In this document: positions 54,375 through 64,000 of the stretch, piece after piece
How positions within the stretch are numbered: position 1 is the stretch's first letter
How the letters are laid out: the number at the start of each line of letters is the position of its first letter
Assembly: GCA_035529375.1 (NCBI GenBank)
Contig: DATKWU010000017.1
Location: 2,579 to 66,578 of the forward strand
DNA length: 64,000 nt
Source of the DNA: Patescibacteria group bacterium
GTDB lineage: Bacteria > Patescibacteriota > Microgenomatia > PFEM01 > JAHIFH01
Direction of reading: 5' to 3'
Translations under genes and position numbers: made by a program
The notes under the pieces: model-generated
The model's input: only the letters and a program-made list of their open reading frames with translations
Databases searched by the model: none
What the model was told of the DNA's origin: nothing

Positions 54375-55712
54375 ATGGCTGTCCAAAGCTTATTTGGTAC
54401 AAGTGGTATTAGAGGCGAAGGCGAGAAGCTTTTTACCAATCAATTTTGTTTTGATATCGGCCGAGCCTTTGCTCAATTTCTTGATAAATATAGTCAGAGA
54501 GGTCCGGTGGCCGTGGGCATGGATCCCCGTGGTTCCAGCCCAAGAATCTTAGAGGCTCTTGAAGTTGGTCTGAATCACGCTGGTCATCAAATAGTTGACC
54601 AGGGAACAGTCCCGGTCCCGGCGATGAATTGGGTTCTAAAAATTGCTCCTTATGCCGGTAGTGTGATGGTTACCGGCAGTCATATTGCCGCTGATCTTAA
54701 TGGTCTCAAATTTTTTGCCTTCAAAGAGGAAATCTCCAAAAAACACGAAAAGGAAATCAGCGAAATTTACCATCAAATCAAGAATAAAGTTAGGTATCAA
54801 AGAAAAAAACCCGTGGTTGAGGAAGAAGAAAGAGCCGATGAGTCCTACCAGGAAATGCTTATTAATTTAGCTGATGTTCCTTACCCTAAATGGAAAATGG
54901 TGGTTGTTGACCCGGGCAATGGCGGTCAGTCTGACACTATGCCTCAAGTATTAACCAGACTGGGTATTACGGTTAAGGAAATAAACGCTTCAATTCAGGG
55001 TGATTTCATCTCAAGAGATACGGAAACAGAGGGTGTTTTAAAAGACTTGCAAACATTAGTAAAAAGAGAAAAAGCGGATTTGGCGATTGCCTTTGATTAC
55101 GACGGCGACAGGGTAATTTTTATTGATGAAAAAGGTAGATTTATTCCTGGTGATTATGCTGGCTCTCTAATAGCTCAAGATTCTGAAACGCCAGTGATTG
55201 TTACCCCAATAAACACTTCCCAAGTAGTTGATTGTTTAAAAAAACCAGTTATTCGGACTCGGGTTGGTTCGCCTTTTGTCGTTGAAGCTATGAAAAAAAA
55301 TAAGGCCACTTTTGGGTTTGAGGCCAATGGAGGTGGTATTTCCGCCGAAATCATGATGAGCCGCGATGGTGGTTCAACCGCTGTCAAAATGCTTAATTTA
55401 CTTAAGAAACACCAGGGAACTTTAGGCAGTTTGGTTGATACTTTACCTAGGTTTTATGTTCACAGATTGAAGGTTGATTGCCCTCGCAGATTTAATCAGG
55501 TTATAATTAAAAAAGCAAAAGCAGAATTTAAGGGTATCAAGACGGAGGAAATTGACGGACTAAAGATTTGGCTTGATAAGAATGCCTGGATTCTTTTCCG
55601 TCCTTCAAGCAACGCACCCGAATTTCGAGTTTTTGCTGAGGCTAAAGACAAGAATCAAGTGAAAAAACTAGCAAAAAAAGGGATTGAATTTGTTAAAAAA
55701 GAGATTAAATAA
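54375..55712 (+). CDS. Phosphohexomutase (phosphoglucosamine/phosphomanno/phosphoglucomutase family)
   Basis: GTSGIRG, an active-site loop VTGSHIAADLNG, and the FDYDGDR metal-binding motif. Confidence 0.8.
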   Translation: MAVQSLFGTSGIRGEGEKLFTNQFCFDIGRAFAQFLDKYSQRGPVAVGMDPRGSSPRILEALEVGLNHAGHQIVDQGTVPVPAMNWVLKIAPYAGSVMVTGSHIAADLNGLKFFAFKEEISKKHEKEISEIYHQIKNKVRYQRKKPVVEEEERADESYQEMLINLADVPYPKWKMVVVDPGNGGQSDTMPQVLTRLGITVKEINASIQGDFISRDTETEGVLKDLQTLVKREKADLAIAFDYDGDRVIFIDEKGRFIPGDYAGSLIAQDSETPVIVTPINTSQVVDCLKKPVIRTRVGSPFVVEAMKKNKATFGFEANGGGISAEIMMSRDGGSTAVKMLNLLKKHQGTLGSLVDTLPRFYVHRLKVDCPRRFNQVIIKKAKAEFKGIKTEEIDGLKIWLDKNAWILFRPSSNAPEFRVFAEAKDKNQVKKLAKKGIEFVKKEIK

Positions 55713-55729
55713 AGAGATTAAATAAGAAA

Positions 55730-56806
55730 ATGAAAACTTTGGATAATCCAAAAGAAATCAGAAAACTAGATAAAAGCTCAGTTTTTAATTCCATTATTCT
55801 TTTTCCTGATCAGATGGAACAAGCCTGGCAGGAAGTCAGCAAAATAAAAATCCCTTTAGAAAAGTTTAAAGAGGTTAAAAATATTATTGTTACCGGCATG
55901 GGTGGTTCGGCTTTAGGAGCAAGAATCATTGACTCTTTAAATTTTGAAGTTTTAGACGTACCCATGGAAATAATCAACGGTTACCATCTGCCTGCCTACG
56001 CTAACCAGGAAACCTTAGCGATTATCTCAAGTTATTCTGGCAATACTGAAGAGACTTTGTCTTGTCTTGACGAAGCTATCAGGCAAAAATGTCAACTTTT
56101 CGCGATTACCAACGGTGGTCGATTAGCTGAACTAGCCAAAGACAAAGAAATCCCGGCCTATATCTTTAAATCCAGATACAATCCTTCTGGCCAGCCTCGA
56201 TTAGGACTAGGTTATTCGATCACGGCTCAACTAGCCTTGCTTTCAAGGTTAAAATTTCTTCGCCTAACCGAAGCCCAGATAACCGAAGTAATTCATTATC
56301 TTAATCAGATCAGAGATAATTTATTAATTGACTCACCAACAGCGAAAAATGAGGCTAAAAAGATAGCCGTTGACTTTAAAGAAAAAATTATTATTGTCGT
56401 TTCCGGTGAGCATTTGATTGGCGCCGCCCATACCTTCAAAAACATGCTTAATGAGAACAGTAAAACTTTTGCTGTTAGATTCAGTTTACCGGAATTAAAC
56501 CACCATTTACTAGAAGGATTAGCTTTCCCAAAAGAAAACAGCGAAGTCGTCAAAGTCATGTTTTTGGAATCGAAAATCTATGATGAAGAAATTAAGAAAA
56601 GAATTAGAGTAACTAAAGAGGTTCTCAAGGAAAACAAAATTCCTTATGATTCCCTTGTCTTAAAAGGAAGGACAAGAGTAATTCAAGCTTTTGAAACCGT
56701 TTATCTCGGCAGTCTTATTAGCTATTATTTAGCAATTTTGAATAAAGTTGATCCAGCCACGATTCCCTGGGTTGATTTTTTTAAAAAAGAATTAGAAAAA
56801 GCCTGA
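55730..56806 (+). CDS. Bifunctional phosphoglucose/phosphomannose isomerase (SIS domain, archaeal type)
   Basis: SIS motifs IIVTGMGGSALGARI and IISSYSGNTEET. 358 aa. Confidence 0.7.
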   Translation: MKTLDNPKEIRKLDKSSVFNSIILFPDQMEQAWQEVSKIKIPLEKFKEVKNIIVTGMGGSALGARIIDSLNFEVLDVPMEIINGYHLPAYANQETLAIISSYSGNTEETLSCLDEAIRQKCQLFAITNGGRLAELAKDKEIPAYIFKSRYNPSGQPRLGLGYSITAQLALLSRLKFLRLTEAQITEVIHYLNQIRDNLLIDSPTAKNEAKKIAVDFKEKIIIVVSGEHLIGAAHTFKNMLNENSKTFAVRFSLPELNHHLLEGLAFPKENSEVVKVMFLESKIYDEEIKKRIRVTKEVLKENKIPYDSLVLKGRTRVIQAFETVYLGSLISYYLAILNKVDPATIPWVDFFKKELEKA

Positions 56807-56819
56807 ATAAAACCTGCCC

Positions 56820-59111
56820 ATGAAGAAAAAAGACAAAAATCTGCTTTGGTTTAATGAAGTTGACAAAGATGATATAAATTTGGTTGGTGGCAAGGGCGCT
56901 AACCTTGGTGAAATGGCTTCAACTGATCTGCCAGTGCCTAATGGTTTTATTGTTACCGCAGGTGCCTACTTCCAATTTATTAAAGAAAATAATTTAGAAA
57001 AAGAATTAGAAAAAGCCTATCAATTAGTCGATTTAGAAAGACCGGAAACAGTTGATCAAGTCTCCAAAATAATTAAACCTAAGATTGAAAAAGCAAGAAT
57101 TTCTGAGGAACTAGCCAAAGAAATAGTCTTTGCTTACGCTAAATTAGGCGGTCTTTTTAAAGACAGTTATGTGGCAATTCGTTCTTCAGCCACGGCTGAA
57201 GATTTACCAACCGCTTCTTTTGCTGGTCAGCAAGAAACTTTTTTGAATGTTAAAGGCGAAACCAACGTCGTTCATCGAGTTAGGGATTGTTGGGCCTCTT
57301 TGTTTGAACCAAGATCAATTTTCTACAGGGAGCAAAATAAATTCGATCACCTTAAAGTCGGTATCGCGGTTGTGGTTCAAAAAATGATTGGTTGTGATAT
57401 TTCTGGGGTAATGTTTACCATTAATCCTGTTACCAATGAAAAAAATCGAATTGTAATCGAAGCCATCTATGGCCTAGGTGAATTAATTGTCCAAGGAAAA
57501 GTAATTCCTGATAACTATGTTGTTAACAGAAATAATCTAGATATTATTAGTCGAGATATTAATAAACAAACAGTTCAATTAACTAAAGTAGGCACTTTAA
57601 ATAAACAAACTAAAGTTCCCAGTAAATTACAGGCTAAAAGAAAACTCAATGATAAGCAAATAGTTGAGTTAGCTAAATTGGGTAAAAAAATCCATCAACA
57701 TTATTTCTTCCCTCAAGATATCGAATGGGTTTTAATCAAAAATAAATTCTTTATTGTTCAAACAAGACCAGTAACCACCATTAAAGAAGAAAAGAAAAAA
57801 GAAAAAATTGAAGAAGAAGTAAAAAGAAAACCAATTCTCAAAGGTATTGCCGCTAGTCCAGGCATAGCTTCAGGTCCAGCTAAAATTATCAAATCGTCTA
57901 AAGAGATTAACAAAATCGCTTCAGGTGAAATTTTGGTGACAGCCATGACTACGCCTGATTTTGTCCCCGCCATGAAAAAAGCGGTGGCCATTGTTACTGA
58001 TAAAGGTGGTCAAACTTCCCACGCCGCCATTGTCAGTCGTGAGTTAGGTGTTCCTTGCGTTGTTGGTGCCAAAGAAGCCACCAAAAAATTAAAAACTGGT
58101 CAAGTCTTTACGGTTAATGGTAGTAATGGTGAAATCTATCAAGGCGGTTATCTTAACCAAACTCAATCTTCGCTTGAACCTAAAAAAGAACCAAAAAAAG
58201 CTTACCAACCAGCCTTAAAAACAGCTACTAAAATTTACGTTAATCTAGGCGAACCCCAATTAGCCGGAAAGATGGCGACAAGAAATGTTGATGGGGTTGG
58301 CCTTTTAAGAGCCGAATTTATGATGGCCCAGCTTGGCACTCACCCTAAAAAGATCATCAAAGATAAAAAGCAAAAAGATTTTATCAATAAAGTAAGCGAT
58401 GACATCAGTCAGATTTGCCACGCCTTTTATCCTCGACCAGTGGTTTACCGAGCAACTGACTTTAAAACCAATGAATACCGCAATTTAACTGGAGGTAAAG
58501 CCTACGAACCAGAAGAAGAAAACCCTTTACTAGGCTATCGGGGTGCCTTTCGTTATATCAGCGATGAAACTGTTTTTGAAATGGAATTAGAGGCTATTAA
58601 ACAAGTCAGAAAAAAACGAAGCCTTGATAACCTTTGGCTAATGATTCCTTTTGTTCGAACACCAGATGAACTCCAAAAAGTAAAAAAGATTATTGTTGCC
58701 AACGATTTATCTAGAAGTCCAAGCTTTCAACTTTGGCTAATGGTCGAAATTCCCTCAAACGTGATTCTCCTTGAGGAGTTTATCAAAGTGGGCATTGACG
58801 GCATTTCCATTGGCTCAAATGACCTGACGATGCTTCTTTTAGGTGTCGACCGAGACAGCGCCGAACTGGCTCAAGCTTTTAATGAACAAGATCCGGCTGT
58901 CAGTTGGGCTTTGGAAAAAACGATTAAAACCTGCCAAAAAAACAAAATAACGAGCTCAATTTGTGGTCAAGCCCCATCAGTCTATCCTGATTTGGTAGAA
59001 AACCTGATTAAGTGGGGAATTACCAGTATTTCCGTTAATCCAGACGCGATTGAAAGAACCAGGGAATTAGTTTACGAAGCGGAAAAAAGATTAGTAAAAA
59101 AAGATGGCTAA
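56820..59111 (+). CDS. ppsA: Phosphoenolpyruvate synthase / pyruvate, water dikinase
   Basis: N-terminal GGKGANLGEM, phospho-His domain GGQTSHAAIVSRELGVPCVVG, and a C-terminal PEP-utilising TIM barrel. Confidence 0.8.
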   Translation: MKKKDKNLLWFNEVDKDDINLVGGKGANLGEMASTDLPVPNGFIVTAGAYFQFIKENNLEKELEKAYQLVDLERPETVDQVSKIIKPKIEKARISEELAKEIVFAYAKLGGLFKDSYVAIRSSATAEDLPTASFAGQQETFLNVKGETNVVHRVRDCWASLFEPRSIFYREQNKFDHLKVGIAVVVQKMIGCDISGVMFTINPVTNEKNRIVIEAIYGLGELIVQGKVIPDNYVVNRNNLDIISRDINKQTVQLTKVGTLNKQTKVPSKLQAKRKLNDKQIVELAKLGKKIHQHYFFPQDIEWVLIKNKFFIVQTRPVTTIKEEKKKEKIEEEVKRKPILKGIAASPGIASGPAKIIKSSKEINKIASGEILVTAMTTPDFVPAMKKAVAIVTDKGGQTSHAAIVSRELGVPCVVGAKEATKKLKTGQVFTVNGSNGEIYQGGYLNQTQSSLEPKKEPKKAYQPALKTATKIYVNLGEPQLAGKMATRNVDGVGLLRAEFMMAQLGTHPKKIIKDKKQKDFINKVSDDISQICHAFYPRPVVYRATDFKTNEYRNLTGGKAYEPEEENPLLGYRGAFRYISDETVFEMELEAIKQVRKKRSLDNLWLMIPFVRTPDELQKVKKIIVANDLSRSPSFQLWLMVEIPSNVILLEEFIKVGIDGISIGSNDLTMLLLGVDRDSAELAQAFNEQDPAVSWALEKTIKTCQKNKITSSICGQAPSVYPDLVENLIKWGITSISVNPDAIERTRELVYEAEKRLVKKDG

Positions 59112-60357
59112 GATAAAAACAATCCAAGCCAGAGAAATTCTTGATTCCCGAGGCAATCCTACTGTCGAAACAACCGTCATCCTCGATGACGATTCTCAGG
59201 CTGTTAATTCGGTGCCTTCAGGTGCTTCTCTAGGTAAATATGAGGCACTTGAACTCAGAGATGGTGATTCTAAACGGTATCAGGGTATGGGTGTTCTAAC
59301 CGCTGTTAATAATGTTAATACGATTATTGCTCCCAAACTCAAGGGAAAGGAAGCAACCGAGCAAATCAAAATAGACAAGTTCTTAATTGAACTCGATGGT
59401 ACTCCCAATAAATCTAAGTTAGGCGCCAATGCCATTCTTAGCGTTTCCCAAGGAATTGTCGAAGCCGCGGCTGTTAGTAAAAAGATACCCACCTACCAGT
59501 ATATTAATTCTCTCTATGGCTTTAAAAAAACCCAAAAATTGCCTGGTCCAACCTTTAACTTAATTAATGGTGGCAAACATGGGGCTGGTAATCTTGAGTT
59601 TCAGGAATTTCACATCATCCCTTCAACCTCTAAAACCTACAGTGAGGCTTTAAGAACGGCCGAAGAAATTTACCAAACGCTAGAGGATGTTTTAGTCAGT
59701 CATGGTGCGATTCACAGTGTTGGCGATGAGGGTGGTTATGCGCCTAATCTCTTCACCAATGCCGACGCTTTAGAACTTTTGGTTAGTGCCATTAAACAAG
59801 CTGATTATGTTCTTAATCGTGACGTTTTTCTGGGCTTAGATGTAGCGGCTGGCTCCTTTTACAAAGACGACAAATATCAAATAAAAGACCGCACGATGCC
59901 GATGCAAGTTGACGATTTGGTTGTCTTTTACGAAGAACTTAATCAACAATATCCTTTGTTTTCTCTAGAGGATGGTTTTTATGAAGATGATTGGGAAGGT
60001 TGGATTAAAATCACCCAATCCCTTACTAAAACAATCATTGTGGGCGATGATCTTTTAGCTACTAACAAAGAACGAGTGAGAGAAGCGATTAAAAAGAAAG
60101 CTTGTAATGGTATTTTGGTTAAACCTAATCAAATTGGGACGATATCAGAAACAATCTACGTTATTATGGAAGCCCGTGAAGCTGGATGGAAAATTATTGT
60201 TTCTCATCGAAGCGGTGAAACCAACGAAGATTTTATTGCCGATTTTGCGGTTGGGGTTAACGCTGATTTTACTAAATTTGGTTCACCGGCCCGAGGCGAA
60301 AGAGTGGCTAAATATAATCGTTTATTAGCAATTGAAAGTGAGATTAAAGAAAAATGA
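59104..60357 (+). CDS. eno: Enolase
   Basis: AREILDSRGNPTVE and SHRSGETED-type motifs. Confidence 0.95.
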   Translation: MAKIKTIQAREILDSRGNPTVETTVILDDDSQAVNSVPSGASLGKYEALELRDGDSKRYQGMGVLTAVNNVNTIIAPKLKGKEATEQIKIDKFLIELDGTPNKSKLGANAILSVSQGIVEAAAVSKKIPTYQYINSLYGFKKTQKLPGPTFNLINGGKHGAGNLEFQEFHIIPSTSKTYSEALRTAEEIYQTLEDVLVSHGAIHSVGDEGGYAPNLFTNADALELLVSAIKQADYVLNRDVFLGLDVAAGSFYKDDKYQIKDRTMPMQVDDLVVFYEELNQQYPLFSLEDGFYEDDWEGWIKITQSLTKTIIVGDDLLATNKERVREAIKKKACNGILVKPNQIGTISETIYVIMEAREAGWKIIVSHRSGETNEDFIADFAVGVNADFTKFGSPARGERVAKYNRLLAIESEIKEK

Positions 60358-62003
60358 ATGGTTTTAAATCAACCAGACCAAAGTCAGTCGTTTTAATTAT
60401 TATGGATGGTTGGGGAATGACTGCTGAAACTAGAGGTAACGCGATCGCCTTGGCCAAGACGCCTAACTTTGATCGTTTTTGGGCGGTCTATCCCCGAACT
60501 TTATTAGATGCTTCCGGAGAAATGGTTGGTCTGCCTAAAGATGATGATGGTAATTCAGAAACAGGCCATTTAAATATTGGTGCTGGTGGGATTGTTTTTC
60601 AGGAATTACCTGTAATTAATCTTTCCATTACTGATGGTTCCTTTTTTACTAACCCTGCTTTTTTCGAGACAGTCGATCATGTCAAAAAACAAAGTTCTCA
60701 ACTCCACTTGATGGGTTTGCTGGGAGCAGGTGGTGTCCATTCCAGTATGGCTCATATCTTCGCCCTTCTTAAATTAGCTAAAAATCAGAATCTTAATCAA
60801 GTTTATCTTCATCTTTTCACTGATGGTCGTGATTCACCACCAACCGCTGCCCCAATTTATATTAACCAGCTTCAGGCAGAAATAGAAAAAATTGGCATCG
60901 GTAAAATTGCTTCAATCATGGGCCGCTATTTTGCCATGGATCGTGATCAACGTTGGCAAAGAACGGAAAAAGCCTACAACGCTCTTGTTCTGGGAGAAGG
61001 AGCCAAATTCAAATCAGCCATTGAAGGCATTAATGCTTCCTACCAAGCTGATAAAACTGATGAATTCATTGAACCGTTTCTGGTTTTAGATGAAAACAAA
61101 ACTAATTTTATTAAAGACAACGATAGCGTTATCTTCTTTAATTTTCGAATTGATCGACCTCGTCAATTAACTAGAGCTTTTGTTCTGCCTGATTTTGAAA
61201 GATTGGTAATCGAAAAAACTGCTTTTGACCCTTATGCAGAAAGATATGGTATTAAGCAATATCATCCGTCTCAAACAAAAACAACCACTTTTCAAAGAAA
61301 AAAAATCCTCCAGAATCTTTTTTTTGTGACCATGACTGAATATGAACCCGATATGCCGGTTAAAGTTGCTTTTATTCCTGAAAAGGTCAAAATGCCGCTT
61401 GGTCGAGTCTTAGCCGAAAAAAACTTAAGACAATTTCATCTGGCTGAGACAGAAAAGGAACGCCACGTTACTTATTTCTTTAACGGCCGACGCGAAAGAC
61501 CATTTTTAGGTGAAGATCGAGCAGAGATTCCTTCGCCTAAAGTCAAAACCTATGATCTTCAACCAGAAATGTCTGCCTATGGAGTCACCGAAGAACTACT
61601 GAAGAGAATTAAAACTGGCTTTTATGATTTTATTATCGTCAATTACGCCAATCCTGATATGGTTGGTCATACTGGTGTTTTAGAGGCCGGGATTAAAGCC
61701 TGTGAAGTAGTTGATGATTGCATTGGCAAAGTTGCCCAAACAGTCTTCAATCTTGATGGTGTTTGTTTAATCACTGCCGACCATGGTAACGTAGAAGAAA
61801 TGATTGATTTGGAAACAAACAAACCGGACACAAAACACTCCACCAACCCGGTCCCTTTCATTGTTCTCCATAAGAAGTTTAATCAAGGCGGTCGAGTTTT
61901 ACCCAGAGGTATTTTAGCTGATATCGCTCCCACCATTCTCGAACTTTTGCAAATTGAAAAACCTGGCTTGATGACTGGCAGGAATTTGCTCAAAATATTA
62001 TGA
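60354..62003 (+). CDS. gpmI: 2,3-bisphosphoglycerate-independent phosphoglycerate mutase
   Basis: VVLIIMDGWG at the N-terminus and ADHGN near the C-terminus. Confidence 0.9.
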   Translation: MNGFKSTRPKSVVLIIMDGWGMTAETRGNAIALAKTPNFDRFWAVYPRTLLDASGEMVGLPKDDDGNSETGHLNIGAGGIVFQELPVINLSITDGSFFTNPAFFETVDHVKKQSSQLHLMGLLGAGGVHSSMAHIFALLKLAKNQNLNQVYLHLFTDGRDSPPTAAPIYINQLQAEIEKIGIGKIASIMGRYFAMDRDQRWQRTEKAYNALVLGEGAKFKSAIEGINASYQADKTDEFIEPFLVLDENKTNFIKDNDSVIFFNFRIDRPRQLTRAFVLPDFERLVIEKTAFDPYAERYGIKQYHPSQTKTTTFQRKKILQNLFFVTMTEYEPDMPVKVAFIPEKVKMPLGRVLAEKNLRQFHLAETEKERHVTYFFNGRRERPFLGEDRAEIPSPKVKTYDLQPEMSAYGVTEELLKRIKTGFYDFIIVNYANPDMVGHTGVLEAGIKACEVVDDCIGKVAQTVFNLDGVCLITADHGNVEEMIDLETNKPDTKHSTNPVPFIVLHKKFNQGGRVLPRGILADIAPTILELLQIEKPGLMTGRNLLKIL

Positions 62004-63733
62004 AACAAAAAATCATTAGCGTTAAACAAAAGAAACTGAAAGTCAAACCTAATTTGGTTGATTACCAAAAAACCTATAATCATTTTGGTTGGCAAGAAGC
62101 CGAAAAAGAACTTGAATGGTTCCCTCAAAAGAAATTAAATGCCGCCTACAATGCGGTTGATCGTCATCTGGAAGGACCGAGAAAAAATAAAGTCGCTCTT
62201 TATTGGCAAGGAGAAAACGGTCAAAAACAAAAATATACTTTTAGAGAATTAAGCCAATTGTCAAACCAGTTTGGTAATGTTCTCAAGAAACTAGGAGTTA
62301 AAAAAGGCGAACGAGTTTTTTTCTTTCTGCCCCGCGTTCCCGAACTTTACTTTGGTTTTTTAGGCACCTTGAAAATTGGCGCCATTGCTGGTACTCTTTT
62401 CTCGGCTTTTGGACCCCAAGCCCTACTTGATCGTCTTCAAAACTCTGACGCCAAAGTTTTGGTCACCAACAAAGAACTTTACCAACGGGTGGCGAAAATC
62501 GAAAAGCAAACCAGTCTTAAAAAAATTCTTCTGATCGATACCGAGACTAAACAAAAAAAAGGCAAATATCCTCTCTCCGAATTAATCAAAAAGGCTTCCA
62601 ATAAATTAAGATGTGCTCGTATGGACCCAAGTGAACCGGCTTTCATGCTTTACACTTCAGGCACAACCGGCAAGCCTAAGGGTGTCGTTCACCGCCATCT
62701 TGCCATTCTTCAGGAACACCTGACCGCCAAATGGGTTTTAGATTTAAAAGAGAATGACGTTTATTGGTGCACGGCTGACCCTGGCTGGGTCACTGGTATT
62801 GCCTATGAAATCTTAGGTTCGTGGTCAAATGGAGCTTCGACTCTGGTTTATGAAGGTCGTTTTGATCCAGCTCAATGGTATCAACTTATTCAAGATTATA
62901 AAGTGACTGTTTGGTACACTGCCCCCACTGCCATTCGAATGTTAGCGGCTAAAGATACAAAAATTGTTAAAAAATATGATTTATCTTCTCTTCGTCATTT
63001 AGCTTCAGTAGGCGAGCCTCTAAACCCAGAAGCGGTCTACTGGGGTTTAAAAGCCTTTGGTTTGCCCTTTCATGATAATTGGTGGCAAACCGAAACCGGA
63101 GGTATTCTGATTGCTAATTATCCTAGTCTCCCAATTAAACCAGGCTCAATGGGCAAGCCCGTCCCTGGAATAAAAGCCGCTATTGTCAACGACCAAGGCA
63201 AGAAAATAGATACTAAGAAAATCGGCAATTTAGCTATCAAACCACCTTGGCCTTCAATGATGGCCAAGGTTTGGCACCGACCCAAGAAATATAAGAGCTA
63301 TTTTATCAATGGTTGGTACCTTAGTGGTGATTTAGCCTATAAAGATAAAGATGACTATTTCTGGTTTGTCGGTCGAGCTGATGATGTTATTAAAACCTCA
63401 GGTGAAAGAGTCGGTCCTTTTGAGGTTGAATCAGCTTTAGTCGCTCATCCAGCTGTAGCTGAAGCTGGTGTCATTGGTAAACCTGATCCTCTTCGGGGCG
63501 AGATAATCAAGGCCTTTATTAGTCTAAAACCCGGCCACAGGGGCTCTGAGAGCCTTAAAAAGGCTATCCAGAGCTTTGTTAGGAAAGAATTGGCTGGTCA
63601 CGCCTATCCAAGAGAAATTGAGTTCATGGACAGACTTCCCAAAACTAGGTCAGGTAAGATTGTTAGACGCTTACTCAAAGCCAAAGAATTAGATTTACCA
63701 ACAGGTGATGTTTCTACTTTGGAGGAATTTTAA
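62000..63733 (+). CDS. acs: AMP-forming acyl-CoA synthetase (acetyl-CoA synthetase-like)
   Basis: MLYTSGTTGKPKGV AMP-binding motif, YWCTADPGWVTG, and a C-terminal SGKIVRR. Confidence 0.8.
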   Translation: MKQKIISVKQKKLKVKPNLVDYQKTYNHFGWQEAEKELEWFPQKKLNAAYNAVDRHLEGPRKNKVALYWQGENGQKQKYTFRELSQLSNQFGNVLKKLGVKKGERVFFFLPRVPELYFGFLGTLKIGAIAGTLFSAFGPQALLDRLQNSDAKVLVTNKELYQRVAKIEKQTSLKKILLIDTETKQKKGKYPLSELIKKASNKLRCARMDPSEPAFMLYTSGTTGKPKGVVHRHLAILQEHLTAKWVLDLKENDVYWCTADPGWVTGIAYEILGSWSNGASTLVYEGRFDPAQWYQLIQDYKVTVWYTAPTAIRMLAAKDTKIVKKYDLSSLRHLASVGEPLNPEAVYWGLKAFGLPFHDNWWQTETGGILIANYPSLPIKPGSMGKPVPGIKAAIVNDQGKKIDTKKIGNLAIKPPWPSMMAKVWHRPKKYKSYFINGWYLSGDLAYKDKDDYFWFVGRADDVIKTSGERVGPFEVESALVAHPAVAEAGVIGKPDPLRGEIIKAFISLKPGHRGSESLKKAIQSFVRKELAGHAYPREIEFMDRLPKTRSGKIVRRLLKAKELDLPTGDVSTLEEF

Positions 63734-63734
63734 A

Positions 63735-64000
63735 ATGAAACAATTCCTAATGGGTAATTATGTTTTAGCTCAAGCAGCTAAAGAAGCTGGGGCTAAAGTG
63801 ATGTTTGGTTATCCAATTACACCAGCTTCTGAAATCTTGGAAAAATGGACTGATTTTTGTTCTGAAAATAAAAATCTTTCCTATCTTCAAGCTGAAGATG
63901 AAATGGCCGCTGGTTTTGGCACCATTGGCGCTTGTTTGGCCGGTATACCAGCCTTTACGGCCACGGCTGGTCCAGGTAATGTTTTAATGCAAGATGCTTT
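63735..64000 (+). CDS. 2-oxoacid (pyruvate):ferredoxin oxidoreductase alpha subunit-like, 5' partial (runs off the window)
   Basis: MKQFLMGNYVLAQAAKEAGAKVMFGYPITPASEI...ATAGPGNVLMQDA resembles the PFOR/KOR alpha N-terminal domain. Confidence 0.65.
   Translation, partial: MKQFLMGNYVLAQAAKEAGAKVMFGYPITPASEILEKWTDFCSENKNLSYLQAEDEMAAGFGTIGACLAGIPAFTATAGPGNVLMQDA

Overview
This is a low-GC segment, about 35-40% GC in most places, with the gene content and organisation typical of a small-genome, fermentative, probably episymbiotic bacterium (Candidate Phyla Radiation / Patescibacteria-like). The phylum assignment is inference from the gene set and compact architecture. Bases 1-17.9 kb and 52.5-64 kb are core genome. 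The left core block holds gatB, dnaE, pyrG, two PRTases, rplS, dgkA and RidA. The right core block holds ruvC, holA-like, a phosphohexomutase, PGI/PMI, ppsA, eno, gpmI, an acyl-CoA synthetase and the start of a PFOR-alpha-like gene. The core also contains a higher-GC insert (8.8-12.95 kb) encoding a 5-formyl-THF cyclo-ligase-like protein, an ECF S-component-like protein and a fused EcfT-EcfA-EcfA' polypeptide. Between them lies a ~34.6 kb accessory region that begins just past RidA at 17.9 kb and is flanked on the right by tRNA-Lys(UUU) at 52.43 kb; tRNA-Glu(UUC) sits inside it at 26.15 kb. The stretch 17.9-26.2 kb is a cassette-like array. In it, single genes (MazG-like, HIT, PIN toxin-antitoxin, Rx4H-motif paralogs, a 2-hydroxyacid dehydrogenase, MBL hydrolases) are each followed by a ~100-bp repeat carrying the last ~15 nt of tRNA-Glu, or by one of two shorter repeat families. 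The stretch 26.2-52.5 kb looks like an integrated conjugative or mobile element. It contains a small element with a tyrosine-recombinase-like gene flanked by 16-bp direct repeats, an HKD nuclease and an XRE regulator. It also contains a type IV secretion gene set, a defense cluster, a conjugation/replication module and a large serine recombinase. The secretion set comprises a VirB2-like pilin, a pilin-VirB6-like fusion, a VirB3-like protein, a VirB4 split into two overlapping ORFs and an M23 peptidase. The defense cluster comprises a candidate restriction enzyme, an intact LexA fused in frame to an N6-adenine methyltransferase, Rx4H(G)-motif proteins, an AlbA_2/Schlafen-like protein and a membrane SNase with an Excalibur domain. 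The conjugation/replication module comprises DUF2958, a replication-relaxation-like protein and a T4CP. The serine recombinase gene overlaps tRNA-Lys by 3' tail. The LexA-methyltransferase fusion and the tRNA-end-derived cassette array are the most unusual features.
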